Of a stretch of 56,432 nt of DNA, positions 44,985 through 54,268 are shown piece by piece. A program made the translations under genes and the position numbers. The DNA lies in IMG/VR virus record IMGVR_UViG_3300047552_000689, positions 1 to 56,432 of that record, one strand, 5' to 3'. This stretch comes from a virus (lineage: Duplodnaviria; Caudoviricetes). How positions within the stretch are numbered: position 1 is the stretch's first letter; each line of letters begins with the position of its first letter. The notes beneath the pieces were generated by a model. It did not search any database and had not been told where the DNA came from. It saw nothing but the letters and a program-made list of their open reading frames with translations.

Positions 44985-45205
44985 GACTGCTAAAGCTATT
45001 CACTGTCGACATTCTCACGTTTTGCGCGTGGCTCCTCCTGTTCTTGATCATGGGTCTCGGCTTCGCGCTGATATCGAGCTCGCTGTTCAGCACAGCCTTC
45101 CCACTCGCCGGGCTCGTCTACGGCATCCTCGGGTGGCTGGCGGGTGACGCTGTGCGGCCTGTCTACCTCTGGCTCAGGGAGCAGTTCCATGTTGACCAAT
45201 CTTGA
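44981..45205 (+). CDS. two-TM membrane protein
   Basis: AAGGAG RBS; two long hydrophobic stretches. Confidence 0.6.
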   Translation: MRLLKLFTVDILTFCAWLLLFLIMGLGFALISSSLFSTAFPLAGLVYGILGWLAGDAVRPVYLWLREQFHVDQS

Positions 45206-45764
45206 CATCAAGAATCGAGCCTACGCCATCCTCGGCGCTCGCGCTGGTGGACGAGTGGAGCGGTGCCACAGCATCCCACACCAGGGCTCCTACAGCAACG
45301 CCGCCCACTCCTGGGGCGTCGCCATGCTCATGCAGCAGATCTGGCCGGAGGACTTCCCTCGGCTGGCACTGGCCTGCCTGACCCACGACATTCCAGAGTT
45401 CTGGGTGGGCGACATTCCCGCGCCGACGATGCGCGCGGTCCCAGGGTTGAAGGAGTCCCTGGTGCAGATCGAGGACAGGTGCCTCGAGCGCCTCGAGCTC
45501 CCTGGGCTCGTGAACTTGAGCGAGGAGGACTACCGGAAGCTCAAGGCCTGTGACTGGCTCGAGTTCTGGCTCTGGTGCAAGGATCAAGAGTACATCGGCA
45601 ACGGCTTTGTCAAGGTCTCCAAGATCGAGATCGAGAGCTACATCGAGACGATGAAGCTGCCGAACCCGGCGGACTGGCTCTACGGAGTGCTGAAAGACAT
45701 GGACCCCCTGGTCTCCCAGGGGCCTGTCCTGCGCGACATCATCGGGAGGATGCAAGATGGGTGA
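45189..45764 (+). CDS. HD-domain deoxynucleotide phosphohydrolase (YfbR-like)
   Basis: V.RCH, S.A.HSW, THD.PE...GD.PAP, K..D.LE. Confidence 0.82.
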   Translation: MLTNLDIKNRAYAILGARAGGRVERCHSIPHQGSYSNAAHSWGVAMLMQQIWPEDFPRLALACLTHDIPEFWVGDIPAPTMRAVPGLKESLVQIEDRCLERLELPGLVNLSEEDYRKLKACDWLEFWLWCKDQEYIGNGFVKVSKIEIESYIETMKLPNPADWLYGVLKDMDPLVSQGPVLRDIIGRMQDG

Positions 45765-46341
45765 GCACTACGACATCGGTGGTGGTCGAGAGCGATACAT
45801 GGCCGACAAGGCCAAGAGGTTTCGAGAGAGTAACAAGCTCCTTGAACACACTATCAATCTAAACTTGAAGGCAGCGGTCGAGTCCGCGCAGAGGAGAAAG
45901 AAGATGACACACTACGAGGATGACCGCAGCACTTACGAGGCTGGCATCAAGAGCAAGGCCAACGAGAAGCAAGTCGGCGGGAAGCACTACAAGTCTGGCT
46001 ATCAGCACTGGGACCTGGTGCTGGACTTCGGGCTCCACTACCTGGAGGGCTGCTCAACCAAGTACGTCACGCGGCGCAAGGGCAGCCGGGGCGAGGACAT
46101 CGGCAAGGCGATCCACTACATCGAGAAGCTGATGGAGGAGCTCACCGCGCGCAACTTCCCCATCCGCATCGAGGGTCGACTGTCCAAGGAGACCGACTCG
46201 TTCCGTGAGATGAAGCTCAAGGAGTACGCGCTCGCCAACAACCTCACCTTCCGTGAGCATGTGATCATCAAGAACATCGTCTATCACATGGACTACGACC
46301 AGGCGCTCGCGCACATGAAAGAATTGCAGAAGGAGGTTTGA
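45757..46341 (+). CDS. DUF3310 protein (putative nucleotide kinase; start may be 45904)
   Basis: QVGG.HYK...QHWD....Y.EG...KY..R...ED..KA.HY. Confidence 0.72.
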   Translation: MGEHYDIGGGRERYMADKAKRFRESNKLLEHTINLNLKAAVESAQRRKKMTHYEDDRSTYEAGIKSKANEKQVGGKHYKSGYQHWDLVLDFGLHYLEGCSTKYVTRRKGSRGEDIGKAIHYIEKLMEELTARNFPIRIEGRLSKETDSFREMKLKEYALANNLTFREHVIIKNIVYHMDYDQALAHMKELQKEV

Positions 46342-46342
46342 A

Positions 46343-46867
46343 ATGCCAATTCGTGACGGCAACATGCCGATTCAAATGCCGCGTCATCGCAAGCAAGCAG
46401 AGTGCGACAAGAGCAAGACGCAGAGAATCAAGTGGCGGACATCTACCATCGGTCAGCTCGCCAAGGTGATCGCCCACGCGGCTGCAGTCTCCAAGGCTGG
46501 CAGCCAGGACGCTCTCCTGCGGAAGCGGGATTGGGCCAAGGAGTTCGGTGTCACAGGAGCCTACCTCCTGCATGTCACCTTGTTCTTCCTGCCTCAGTTC
46601 GAGCGGGAGATGGAGCGGGCCTACCCCGAGATCAGCCCCAGTGAGCGGATGGTCGTGGTTGCGAGGCAGCTTCGGCATCGAGTGTACTACATGTATCACA
46701 AGGACGAGGATGTCGCGACACTGACGGGCAAGCATGCCATCCCGCAGATCAGCGACGAGCATCCGCAGCACGCCTTGATCACCAAGACCAGGTGCTTCAC
46801 TCCCGAGAACATCGAGCTCGGTGAGCGTATCTGGGCCAGGGGCCTCCCGTATCGCCTGGAGAACTAA
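46343..46867 (+). CDS. hypothetical protein
   Basis: AGGAGG RBS; TAATG coupling to polA. Confidence 0.6.
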   Translation: MPIRDGNMPIQMPRHRKQAECDKSKTQRIKWRTSTIGQLAKVIAHAAAVSKAGSQDALLRKRDWAKEFGVTGAYLLHVTLFFLPQFEREMERAYPEISPSERMVVVARQLRHRVYYMYHKDEDVATLTGKHAIPQISDEHPQHALITKTRCFTPENIELGERIWARGLPYRLEN

Positions 46868-48909
46868 TGGCCAAGAAGTCGACAATGCGCAGCGTGGGCG
46901 GGCTTCAACTCCCGCTCATCGCTCCTGAGTGCACGTGGAAGATCCCGAGCCTCTCAGACCTCCCGCCTGATTGGAACGTCTCGAAGCGAGTCGGCTTCGA
47001 CGTGGAGACCAGGGACGAGGACCTGAAGACGCTGGGCATCGGCGTGCGCCGTCCTGGGAACTACATGGTTGGCTACAGCTTCGCCTTCGAGGACGGGCCG
47101 AGCTACTACGTCCCGCTCCGTCACGAGGGCGGTGGCAACATGGAGCACACCGAGGCGGCTCTCCAGTATCTCCGCGACCAGACTCGGAACTACAAGGGCA
47201 TCGTCGTCGGGGCGAACATACAGTACGATCTCGACTACCTCATGGAGGAGGGCGGGAACTTTGACCAGGCCAAGTGGATTCGAGACGTCCAGATCGCCGA
47301 TCCGCTCATCTACGAGCTCCACCAGTCCTACTCCCTCAAGTCCATCGCCGAGCGCCTGAGCGTCGGCACCAAGGACCAAGCCATGCTGGAGGAGGCGGCG
47401 CGGGCCTACGGTCTGGACCCCAAGAACGGCCTCTGGCGCCTCCCTGGGCAGTACGTGGGGCAATACGCCGCCACCGACGCGGCCCTCCCTCTGACTATCC
47501 TGCGCCTTCAGGAGCGGCGCATCGACGCTATGGACCTCTGGGACATCTACAACCTGGAGTCCCAAGTCACGCCCGTGCTCGTGAAGATGAGGCGGCGGGG
47601 CATCCGGATCGACTTCCAGCAGCTCGAGACCATGGAGAACTGGGCCTCGGAGGAGGAGCACAAGGCTCTGAACGAGGTCGAGCGGATCACTGGCTACCAA
47701 GTCGGCTTCGGCAACGTCTGGAAGTCGGAGGCGATGGCAGAGCCTCTCCGGAGGATCGGCCTCACAATCCCGGTGACGGCCCAGGGGAAGGACTCGATCG
47801 ACAAGGACTTCATGTCCGGGATCGACCACCCGGTGGCCAAGCATCTGGCTCGCGCCCGCAAGGTGAACAAGCTGAGAACGACCTTCGCCGCGTCCGTGCG
47901 ACGGTACATGGTCAACGGTCGCATCCACTGCACCTTCAACCAGATTCGCGGCGACGAGGGCGGTGCCCGGTATGGTCGCCTCTCCTGCTCGGACCCGAAC
48001 CTCCAGCAGCAGCCCTCGAGAGACGAGTTCGCCAAGCCCTGGCGGAAGAGCTACCTCCCCGAGGAGTGGGGCCTCTGGTGCTCGAACGACTACAGCCAGC
48101 AGGAGCCTCGATGGACGACGCACTTCGCCGCGTCGTTCCCGTTCGACCACGCTCATATTCGAGAGTCAGCTCTCAGGGCGGCCAAGGTCTACAACGACGA
48201 CCCGAACGCTGATAACCATGACATGATGACCCGCATCGTCTTCGGTGACGAGTGGGTGGCCCAGGCCGACAAGGACGCCTACAAGGCGGCGCGGACGAGC
48301 TGCAAGATCATCTACCTCGGCCTGTGCTACGGCGAGGGCGGGGCCAAGCTCTGCGATGACCTCGGCCTCCCGACGCGGTACGCGGTGGCCTACAAGGATG
48401 TCAACCGGACGCGCGTGATCGAGTACTTTGAGACCGAGGCCGACGCCTTCCGCCGGAACAACGAGGTGGCAGGCTTCTGCTGGCGCGCGGCTGGCGAGGA
48501 GGGACAGCGCATCCTCGACCAGTTCAACGAGAACGCGCCTCACATCGGAGCTCTGGCCAAGGAGGCCACCAAGATCGCCGATGGCCGAGGCTACATCACC
48601 ACCATCCTCGGACGCCGCCTCAACTTCGAGCCAGAGAGCGGTGGCAAGGGTGGCTACAGGTGGACTCACAAGACCCTGAACCGCATCATCCAGGGCTCCT
48701 CGGCCGACCAGACCAAGAAGGCCATCGTCGAGATCGACCGGGCCGGGCATTTCGTCCAGCTCCAGGTCCACGACGAGATTGCCTGCACCGTCAAGGATGA
48801 GAGCGAGGCGCGGGCCATCGCGGATATCATGCGCACCTGCGTCCCGGCGCTCGTGCCGTTCAAGGTTGACACAGAAATCGGCTCCTCCTGGGGCCATAGC
48901 ATGGGATGA
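46867..48909 (+). CDS. polA: family A DNA polymerase with 3'-5' exonuclease
   Basis: FDVET (ExoI), N..YD (ExoII), YA..D (ExoIII), GRLS...PNLQQ, DYSQQEPR, K....GLCYG, QVHDE. Confidence 0.95.
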   Translation: MAKKSTMRSVGGLQLPLIAPECTWKIPSLSDLPPDWNVSKRVGFDVETRDEDLKTLGIGVRRPGNYMVGYSFAFEDGPSYYVPLRHEGGGNMEHTEAALQYLRDQTRNYKGIVVGANIQYDLDYLMEEGGNFDQAKWIRDVQIADPLIYELHQSYSLKSIAERLSVGTKDQAMLEEAARAYGLDPKNGLWRLPGQYVGQYAATDAALPLTILRLQERRIDAMDLWDIYNLESQVTPVLVKMRRRGIRIDFQQLETMENWASEEEHKALNEVERITGYQVGFGNVWKSEAMAEPLRRIGLTIPVTAQGKDSIDKDFMSGIDHPVAKHLARARKVNKLRTTFAASVRRYMVNGRIHCTFNQIRGDEGGARYGRLSCSDPNLQQQPSRDEFAKPWRKSYLPEEWGLWCSNDYSQQEPRWTTHFAASFPFDHAHIRESALRAAKVYNDDPNADNHDMMTRIVFGDEWVAQADKDAYKAARTSCKIIYLGLCYGEGGAKLCDDLGLPTRYAVAYKDVNRTRVIEYFETEADAFRRNNEVAGFCWRAAGEEGQRILDQFNENAPHIGALAKEATKIADGRGYITTILGRRLNFEPESGGKGGYRWTHKTLNRIIQGSSADQTKKAIVEIDRAGHFVQLQVHDEIACTVKDESEARAIADIMRTCVPALVPFKVDTEIGSSWGHSMG

Positions 48910-48916
48910 GGTGAAA

Positions 48917-49183
48917 ATGATCTCGCTTGAAGAATACCAGCAGTGGATGAAGTACGCGAAGCCAGGAGACTGGATCACGTATCATCGCGGTCCCCACCTG
49001 TTCGGGATCAACGCGAAGAAGAAGGACGCGGCCAACGAGGTCTACAAGGCGGCCATGGACGGAGAGCTTTTCGTCGCCCAGAGGCGAGTCGCAACCGAGA
49101 AGCCGGGCATCTTCGAGTTCGAGTATCGTGCGATGAAGCTCAACACAGACCTCAAGAAGAAGGCCAAGGCATGGGACCGATAG
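48917..49183 (+). CDS. hypothetical protein (A.PGD...YHRG motif)
   Basis: GAGGTG RBS; MISLEEYQQWMKYAKPGDWITYHRG. Confidence 0.55.
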   Translation: MISLEEYQQWMKYAKPGDWITYHRGPHLFGINAKKKDAANEVYKAAMDGELFVAQRRVATEKPGIFEFEYRAMKLNTDLKKKAKAWDR

Positions 49184-49632
49184 ACAAATGGGACCTCAGA
49201 TTCCTGAAACTAGCAGATCACGTGGCTCAGTGGAGCAAAGATCCCAGCACGAAAGTGGGGGCAGTGATCGTAGACCGCGAGCGCCGGGTGATCTCCCTGG
49301 GCTACAATGGCTTCCCTCGTCGAGTGCACGATCTCGAGGAGCGATACAGCACGAGAGAGCTGAAGTACGAGCTTATTGTGCATGCCGAGGCGAACGCCTT
49401 GCTTACCTCTCCGAGCTCAGTGATGGGCTGCACCCTGTATACAACCCCTCTCCCTACGTGCGCCCGGTGCGCTGGTCTAGTGATTCAAGCTGGAATCGCT
49501 CGAGTGGTGTCAATGACAAAGAGTGACAGCAATATCAACTGGGCCACCTCTTGCGACTTGGCATCACAGATGTACGAGGAAGCAGGGGTAGAGTTCAAGG
49601 TCTATGTCACAGAGGAGAGGCTTGTTGGATGA
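49171..49632 (+). CDS. dCMP deaminase
   Basis: SKDPSTKVGA, GYNG, HAEANA, PTCARC. Confidence 0.92.
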   Translation: MGPIDKWDLRFLKLADHVAQWSKDPSTKVGAVIVDRERRVISLGYNGFPRRVHDLEERYSTRELKYELIVHAEANALLTSPSSVMGCTLYTTPLPTCARCAGLVIQAGIARVVSMTKSDSNINWATSCDLASQMYEEAGVEFKVYVTEERLVG

Positions 49633-50027
49633 GCGAGCAACATATGCGAAAGCGCGTGCTCCAGTGGCTGAAGCCCTTGGACGCGATCCCAGTGGAGAAC
49701 CCTGCGCAGCCTGGGACGCCAGACGTGAACTACGCCGAGGGCTGGCTCGAGCTGAAGAAACTGACAGGGTGGCCGAAGCGGCGAGAAGATATCGTCACCT
49801 GCCGCCACTTCACACCTCAGCAGCGAAACTGGCTCTTTCTCCGGACGCGCAAAGGAGGAAACGCTTGGCTTCTGCTCCAGGTTAAGAATGAGTGGCTGCT
49901 CTTCCACGGGGCAGACGCGGCGGCCTACTTCGGCAAGGTAGATAGGGAGACCCTTAAGAACCTCGCCACGCGATACTGGCCATCCGGCATGAAGGCCGAG
50001 GAGTTGAGGGCGAAACTGAAATCATGA
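49629..50027 (+). CDS. PD-(D/E)xK nuclease (VRR-NUC/resolvase-like)
   Basis: VEN...PGTPD......WLELK, F.P.Q..W. Confidence 0.78.
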   Translation: MSEQHMRKRVLQWLKPLDAIPVENPAQPGTPDVNYAEGWLELKKLTGWPKRREDIVTCRHFTPQQRNWLFLRTRKGGNAWLLLQVKNEWLLFHGADAAAYFGKVDRETLKNLATRYWPSGMKAEELRAKLKS

Positions 50028-52441
50028 CTGACGTCAAGCCAGACATCGATGCGACGCTGGCATTCCTGGCTCGCTTTGAGCCTGAGGGGCCGTGGTCGCT
50101 CTACGCGAAGACCGACAACAACAAGTTCATCGTGGACACCTTCCATCCGGGTCAGGAGGACAAGGTGCGCGCGTTCATGGAGAAGCACGCGAGCACGTGC
50201 AACATGTATGTTGCGATCAACCCGCCGATCACCGACCTCCAGAAGAAGGCCAAGCGCGAGGACTTGAAGGAGATGAGGTGGCTCCACGTCGACGTGGACA
50301 GCCGCGCTGGCGAGGAGCTCGAGGACGAGCTCTTCAGGATCAAGACGCTGATGGGCGAGAAGCGCCCGGCCATCCTGCCAGAGCCTACCATGGTGATCTA
50401 CTCAGGCGGTGGCTACTGGGGCCTGTGGCGACTCGAGGAGCCCGTGCCGATCAACGGCTCGGTGGCCACCTGCGAGGATCTCCACCTCTACAACATGCAG
50501 ATCAGCCAGCTCCTCGGTGGTGACAACTGTCACAACCTCGACCGGATCATGCGTCTCCCTGGGAGCATCAACTTCCCGGATGAGAACAAGCGGCGGAAGG
50601 GCCGCAAGGTCACACTCACCACGGTGGCCGAGGCTCGCGACGTCAGCTATCCGCTGGATCGCTTTGTCAAGGCGACACCGCTCCAGACCAAGGACACTGG
50701 ATTCACCAGCGTGTCCAATCCCGGCATCAAGGTCGACATCAGTGGCAACGTCGCAAAGGTGTCCGGCCCAGAGGAGCTGGATCAGTGGAAGGTGCCGGAT
50801 CGCATCAAGCTCATCGCATGGCGCGGCCGAGAGGGCGGCGTCGAGATCCACGGGCCGAAGGAGGGCGACAACAGTCGAAGCGCCTGGCTATTCGATGGCG
50901 TCTGCGGATTGGTGAAGGCCGGGGTGCCAGACGAGACCATCTACTCCATCCTCATGGACAGCGAGTGGGGCATCAGCGAGTCGATCCTCGACAAGGGCAG
51001 CGCGGCCCAGAAGCACGCGCAGCGCACGATCGAGCGAGCCAAGCTCTACACGAAGGACCCCATCCTCGCTGAGATGAACGACAAGTTCGCAGTGATCTCA
51101 TCCATAGGTGGTCGCTGCTTGATCATCGAGGAGATCTACGACGACAGCCTCGACCGCTACCGTCTGGTGAAGCAAGGCTTCGATCACTTCGGCAATCGCC
51201 ACAAGCATCGCAAGGTCGAGATGCAGGGCAAGGATGGCCCTCTCTACATCCCCCTGGGAAAGTGGTGGACCGAGCATCCCGATCGTCGCCAGTACGAGAG
51301 CATCGTGTTCAACCCCGAGCGCGAGGACCCGAGCAAGTACAACCTCTGGCGCGGCCTCGCCTTCGAGGCTCGTCCTGGGGACTGCAGCCTCTACCTGACT
51401 CACCTGAAGGAGGTGGTCTGTGGTGGGAACGAGGAGCACTATCAGTACCTGCTCAAGTGGATGGCACGCGCCGTCCAGTACCCTGGGTCCCAGGGAGAGG
51501 TTGCCATCGTGCTGCGCGGTGAGCAGGGAACGGGCAAGGGCATGACGATCAAGATCTTCGGTCGCCTGTTCGGTCGCCACTTCCTGCAGATCTCCGACAG
51601 TAAGCACTTGGTCGGCAACTTCAACGGCCACTTGCGAGACGCGGTGCTGGTCTTCGCCGACGAGGCCTTCTTCGCAGGCGACAAGAAGCACGAGTCCATC
51701 CTGAAGACGCTGGTCACCGAGCCCCACCTCATGATCGAGTCCAAGGGTGTCGACGCCGAGATCGCCGCCAACTGCATCCACCTCATGATGGCATCAAACT
51801 CGAACTGGGTCGTGCCAGCGGGTGATCACGAGCGGCGCTTCTTCGTGCTCGACGTCAAGAACACCCATCGCCAAGATCGCAACTACTTCAAGGCGATGAT
51901 CAAGCAGATGGAGAGCGGTGGCTACGAGGCCCTGCTCCTTGAGCTGAAGAGCATGAAGGTCGGTCGAGACGACTTCGACGTGACGAGTTTCCCAAGGACC
52001 AAGGCCCTGAGCGAGCAGCAGGACTACACGCTCACCTACGAGGAGAGCTGGTGGTACGAGAAGCTGAAGTCAGGCGATCTCCTCGAGGGGAAGCCGGGCT
52101 GGCCGGATCACGTGGTGAAGGATGCCCTGTTCGAGGATTGGATCCAGCATGCCAAGCGGCTGAACATCCAGCGGCGCGGGACGCAGACTGCTTGGTATCA
52201 CTTCCTCGCTCGTGAGATTGGCACTCTGGCCAGCAAGCAGCGCCTCGTGACGGTGAAGGACTACGACGAGCGCGGTGTCGCCACGGTCCGGAAGGAGCGC
52301 AAGTACACGCTGGAAATGCCCTCGCTGGCTCGCTGCCGGGAGATCTGGGACAGCAACCATGGCGGACGAAACTGGGCTCAGGTCGTGGTTGAGCCGCCTC
52401 CCGAGCTGCCGGACACTCTTCCAACCAAGAGCCCATTCTAG
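50024..52441 (+). CDS. primase (RepB-like) fused to SF3/D5-type helicase
   Basis: LHVDVD, SGGG, DRIMRLPG.N; GEQGTGKG, FADE, MASN, ERRF. Confidence 0.88.
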   Translation: MTDVKPDIDATLAFLARFEPEGPWSLYAKTDNNKFIVDTFHPGQEDKVRAFMEKHASTCNMYVAINPPITDLQKKAKREDLKEMRWLHVDVDSRAGEELEDELFRIKTLMGEKRPAILPEPTMVIYSGGGYWGLWRLEEPVPINGSVATCEDLHLYNMQISQLLGGDNCHNLDRIMRLPGSINFPDENKRRKGRKVTLTTVAEARDVSYPLDRFVKATPLQTKDTGFTSVSNPGIKVDISGNVAKVSGPEELDQWKVPDRIKLIAWRGREGGVEIHGPKEGDNSRSAWLFDGVCGLVKAGVPDETIYSILMDSEWGISESILDKGSAAQKHAQRTIERAKLYTKDPILAEMNDKFAVISSIGGRCLIIEEIYDDSLDRYRLVKQGFDHFGNRHKHRKVEMQGKDGPLYIPLGKWWTEHPDRRQYESIVFNPEREDPSKYNLWRGLAFEARPGDCSLYLTHLKEVVCGGNEEHYQYLLKWMARAVQYPGSQGEVAIVLRGEQGTGKGMTIKIFGRLFGRHFLQISDSKHLVGNFNGHLRDAVLVFADEAFFAGDKKHESILKTLVTEPHLMIESKGVDAEIAANCIHLMMASNSNWVVPAGDHERRFFVLDVKNTHRQDRNYFKAMIKQMESGGYEALLLELKSMKVGRDDFDVTSFPRTKALSEQQDYTLTYEESWWYEKLKSGDLLEGKPGWPDHVVKDALFEDWIQHAKRLNIQRRGTQTAWYHFLAREIGTLASKQRLVTVKDYDERGVATVRKERKYTLEMPSLARCREIWDSNHGGRNWAQVVVEPPPELPDTLPTKSPF

Positions 52442-52509
52442 TCAACCCAAGCCCATTGCCCAGCGAACGTCACCGTGGCACGCTGCCCTGGTAGTTAAGG
52501 AGTAAGGCT

Positions 52510-53160
52510 ATGAGCAGTGAGTTGACGAACACGCTCCGGTATCGAGAGGAGTGGCTCCACGAGGGAGTCAACATGATTCGCCCGTGGTTCAAGGATCGGA
52601 ACAAGCCGATCTCCGAGAAGATCTTCATCAGCTGTGGCTTCCCCAAGGGGCGTCACGGTCGAGGCCGTGCCATTGGCCAGTGCTGGCCGCCGCAGGCCAC
52701 GAAGAACGGCGTGGTGCAGATGTTCATCTGCCCGACGCTGGACAACCCGGTCGAGGTTCTGGCCACGGCGGTGCACGAGTGCTGCCACGAGGCGTGCGGC
52801 AACGAGTGCGGACACAAGGGGCCGTTCAAGGAGCTCGCCCTCTCCCTGGGCCTCGCAGGCAAGATGACAGCCACCTACGCCGAGGAGGGCACGCCCCTCC
52901 ACGACGCCCTGAGCTCGATCGCCGAGAGCCTCGGTCCCTATCCCCACTCTGGCATGATTCTCAAGACCAAGGAGAAGAAGCCGAGCAAGTGGATCCGGCT
53001 CCAGTCCCGCATCATCGAGGAGTACACCCTGGTCATTTCCAAGGACTCCATAGACGCCCACGGATGGCCTGTGGATCCCCACGGGATGGCGCTGGTTCCC
53101 AAGAAAGAGTGGGAGTGGGACGGCGGACGCCCGATCCCAGGGACAGAAGATGACAACTAA
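52510..53160 (+). CDS. SprT-like zinc metalloprotein
   Basis: REEWL, CGFP, IGQCW, HECCH, GHKGPF. Confidence 0.7.
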   Translation: MSSELTNTLRYREEWLHEGVNMIRPWFKDRNKPISEKIFISCGFPKGRHGRGRAIGQCWPPQATKNGVVQMFICPTLDNPVEVLATAVHECCHEACGNECGHKGPFKELALSLGLAGKMTATYAEEGTPLHDALSSIAESLGPYPHSGMILKTKEKKPSKWIRLQSRIIEEYTLVISKDSIDAHGWPVDPHGMALVPKKEWEWDGGRPIPGTEDDN

Positions 53161-53216
53161 GTTGATACGCTGCGAAAGCTGGGGGCCTATAGTGGGCCTC
53201 TTTATAGGGAGTTGTA

Positions 53217-53420
53217 ATGACTGATTCGCTTACGTTCAAGCTCTTCGCCGTGTATCTGCTTATCGGCATGTGCATCTCACTGGTGGGCGGTGGTTGGCGG
53301 CCACACAACGGGAGTCGGCTGGCTGGCATCGTCGCTGGCATCGCTGGCACTCTACTGTGGCTGCCAACCATCATGGCCTTCACCATCTTCGGCACGCCCA
53401 ACAAGCGAGTCGACGAGTGA
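53217..53420 (+). CDS. two-TM small membrane protein
   Basis: GGGGAG RBS; two hydrophobic helices. Confidence 0.55.
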   Translation: MTDSLTFKLFAVYLLIGMCISLVGGGWRPHNGSRLAGIVAGIAGTLLWLPTIMAFTIFGTPNKRVDE

Positions 53421-53677
53421 AGCGCCGTCCCCAGGACGCCCGGTGGCTCGGTAAGATGGCCGAGCTCCTGAGGGCAGACGCGATGCAGGTCCGCGAGAGC
53501 GAGGCCGTGCACCAAGGCTACAACACCCCCGCCGACGCCAAGCGGGCGGCTCGCAGAGCTGTTCGCGCGGTGTCGAAGGCGGCTCGAGATGGGGGCAAGC
53601 GCCCCCCAACCCACCTGCAGCGCAAGGTCGCGCTGTTGGTTCCACTAGTGAAAACCAAGGAGAAGCAAGATGGGTGA
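53417..53677 (+). CDS. hypothetical basic protein
   Basis: GTGA coupling. Confidence 0.45.
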   Translation: MKRRPQDARWLGKMAELLRADAMQVRESEAVHQGYNTPADAKRAARRAVRAVSKAARDGGKRPPTHLQRKVALLVPLVKTKEKQDG

Positions 53678-53906
53678 CAACCCGAGTGTCGTGATCGACG
53701 AGGACTGGCAGCCGCCGACAGCGGTCTCCAACCTCCCCTGGGACAAGCTGGAAGTGGGCCGTGGCTCATTCCGCGTGAAGGGCACCAAGAGCTCGCAGCT
53801 CTCGTCTGCTCGTCAGCGGGCAGAGCGCGAGCTCGGCCGCCAGTTCAAGACCAAGGTGGTGATCGAGGACAACGAGTCCTGGATCCGCGCCTGGCGCGTG
53901 AAGTGA
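53670..53906 (+). CDS. small putative DNA-binding protein
   Basis: PW..LEVG..SF...F.T.........R.WRV motif; AAGGAG RBS. Confidence 0.6.
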   Translation: MGDNPSVVIDEDWQPPTAVSNLPWDKLEVGRGSFRVKGTKSSQLSSARQRAERELGRQFKTKVVIEDNESWIRAWRVK

Positions 53907-54268
53907 AGCGCGCGCTCTTCAACGCCTGGATCTCGGCCCTGCGCTCCGGTAACTGGAGACAGGGCCGATACCAGCTTGAGAGTCGTGACGGTCATTTCTG
54001 CTGTCTCGGCGTTCTCATCAGGAACGACCGCTGGAGCAAGTTTGAGCGGCGAGCCCACCCCGCGTCTGGAATAATGTTCCGCGACCGGGAGGGTGTGCAG
54101 TTCTATGCTCATCCGAGTCTCGACTATCAGCAGCAGGCAGGGATCGATAACGATCTCGTGTGCAGGCTGATCGACATGAACGACCTTCACGAGAAGACAT
54201 TCGTGGAGATCGCCGACTACCTGGAGTCAATCAAGGAGACCTTCGTTGATGAAGAGAAAGTTGCTTGA
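53903..54268 (+). CDS. conserved phage hypothetical protein
   Basis: W..ALRSG...QG...L.......CCLGVL...L..MND.....F.EIAD motif. Confidence 0.7.
   Translation: MKRALFNAWISALRSGNWRQGRYQLESRDGHFCCLGVLIRNDRWSKFERRAHPASGIMFRDREGVQFYAHPSLDYQQQAGIDNDLVCRLIDMNDLHEKTFVEIADYLESIKETFVDEEKVA

Noticed and set aside
3173-48156. Many long minus-strand ORFs (e.g. 3173-4390, 8042-9256, 15736-17478, 31032-32834, 36478-37968, 46954-48156)
   Set aside because: Antisense shadows of well-supported plus-strand genes caused by GC-rich codon bias; no RBS or motifs
50024-52441. Possible integrase or lysogeny module
   Set aside because: Motifs are primase plus SF3 helicase; no tyrosine or serine recombinase pattern, repressor pair or att-like repeat seen
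36493-52441. Inteins, introns or homing endonucleases in RNR, polA or primase
   Set aside because: Proteins are of normal length with contiguous motifs; no intein termini, HNH or LAGLIDADG motifs seen
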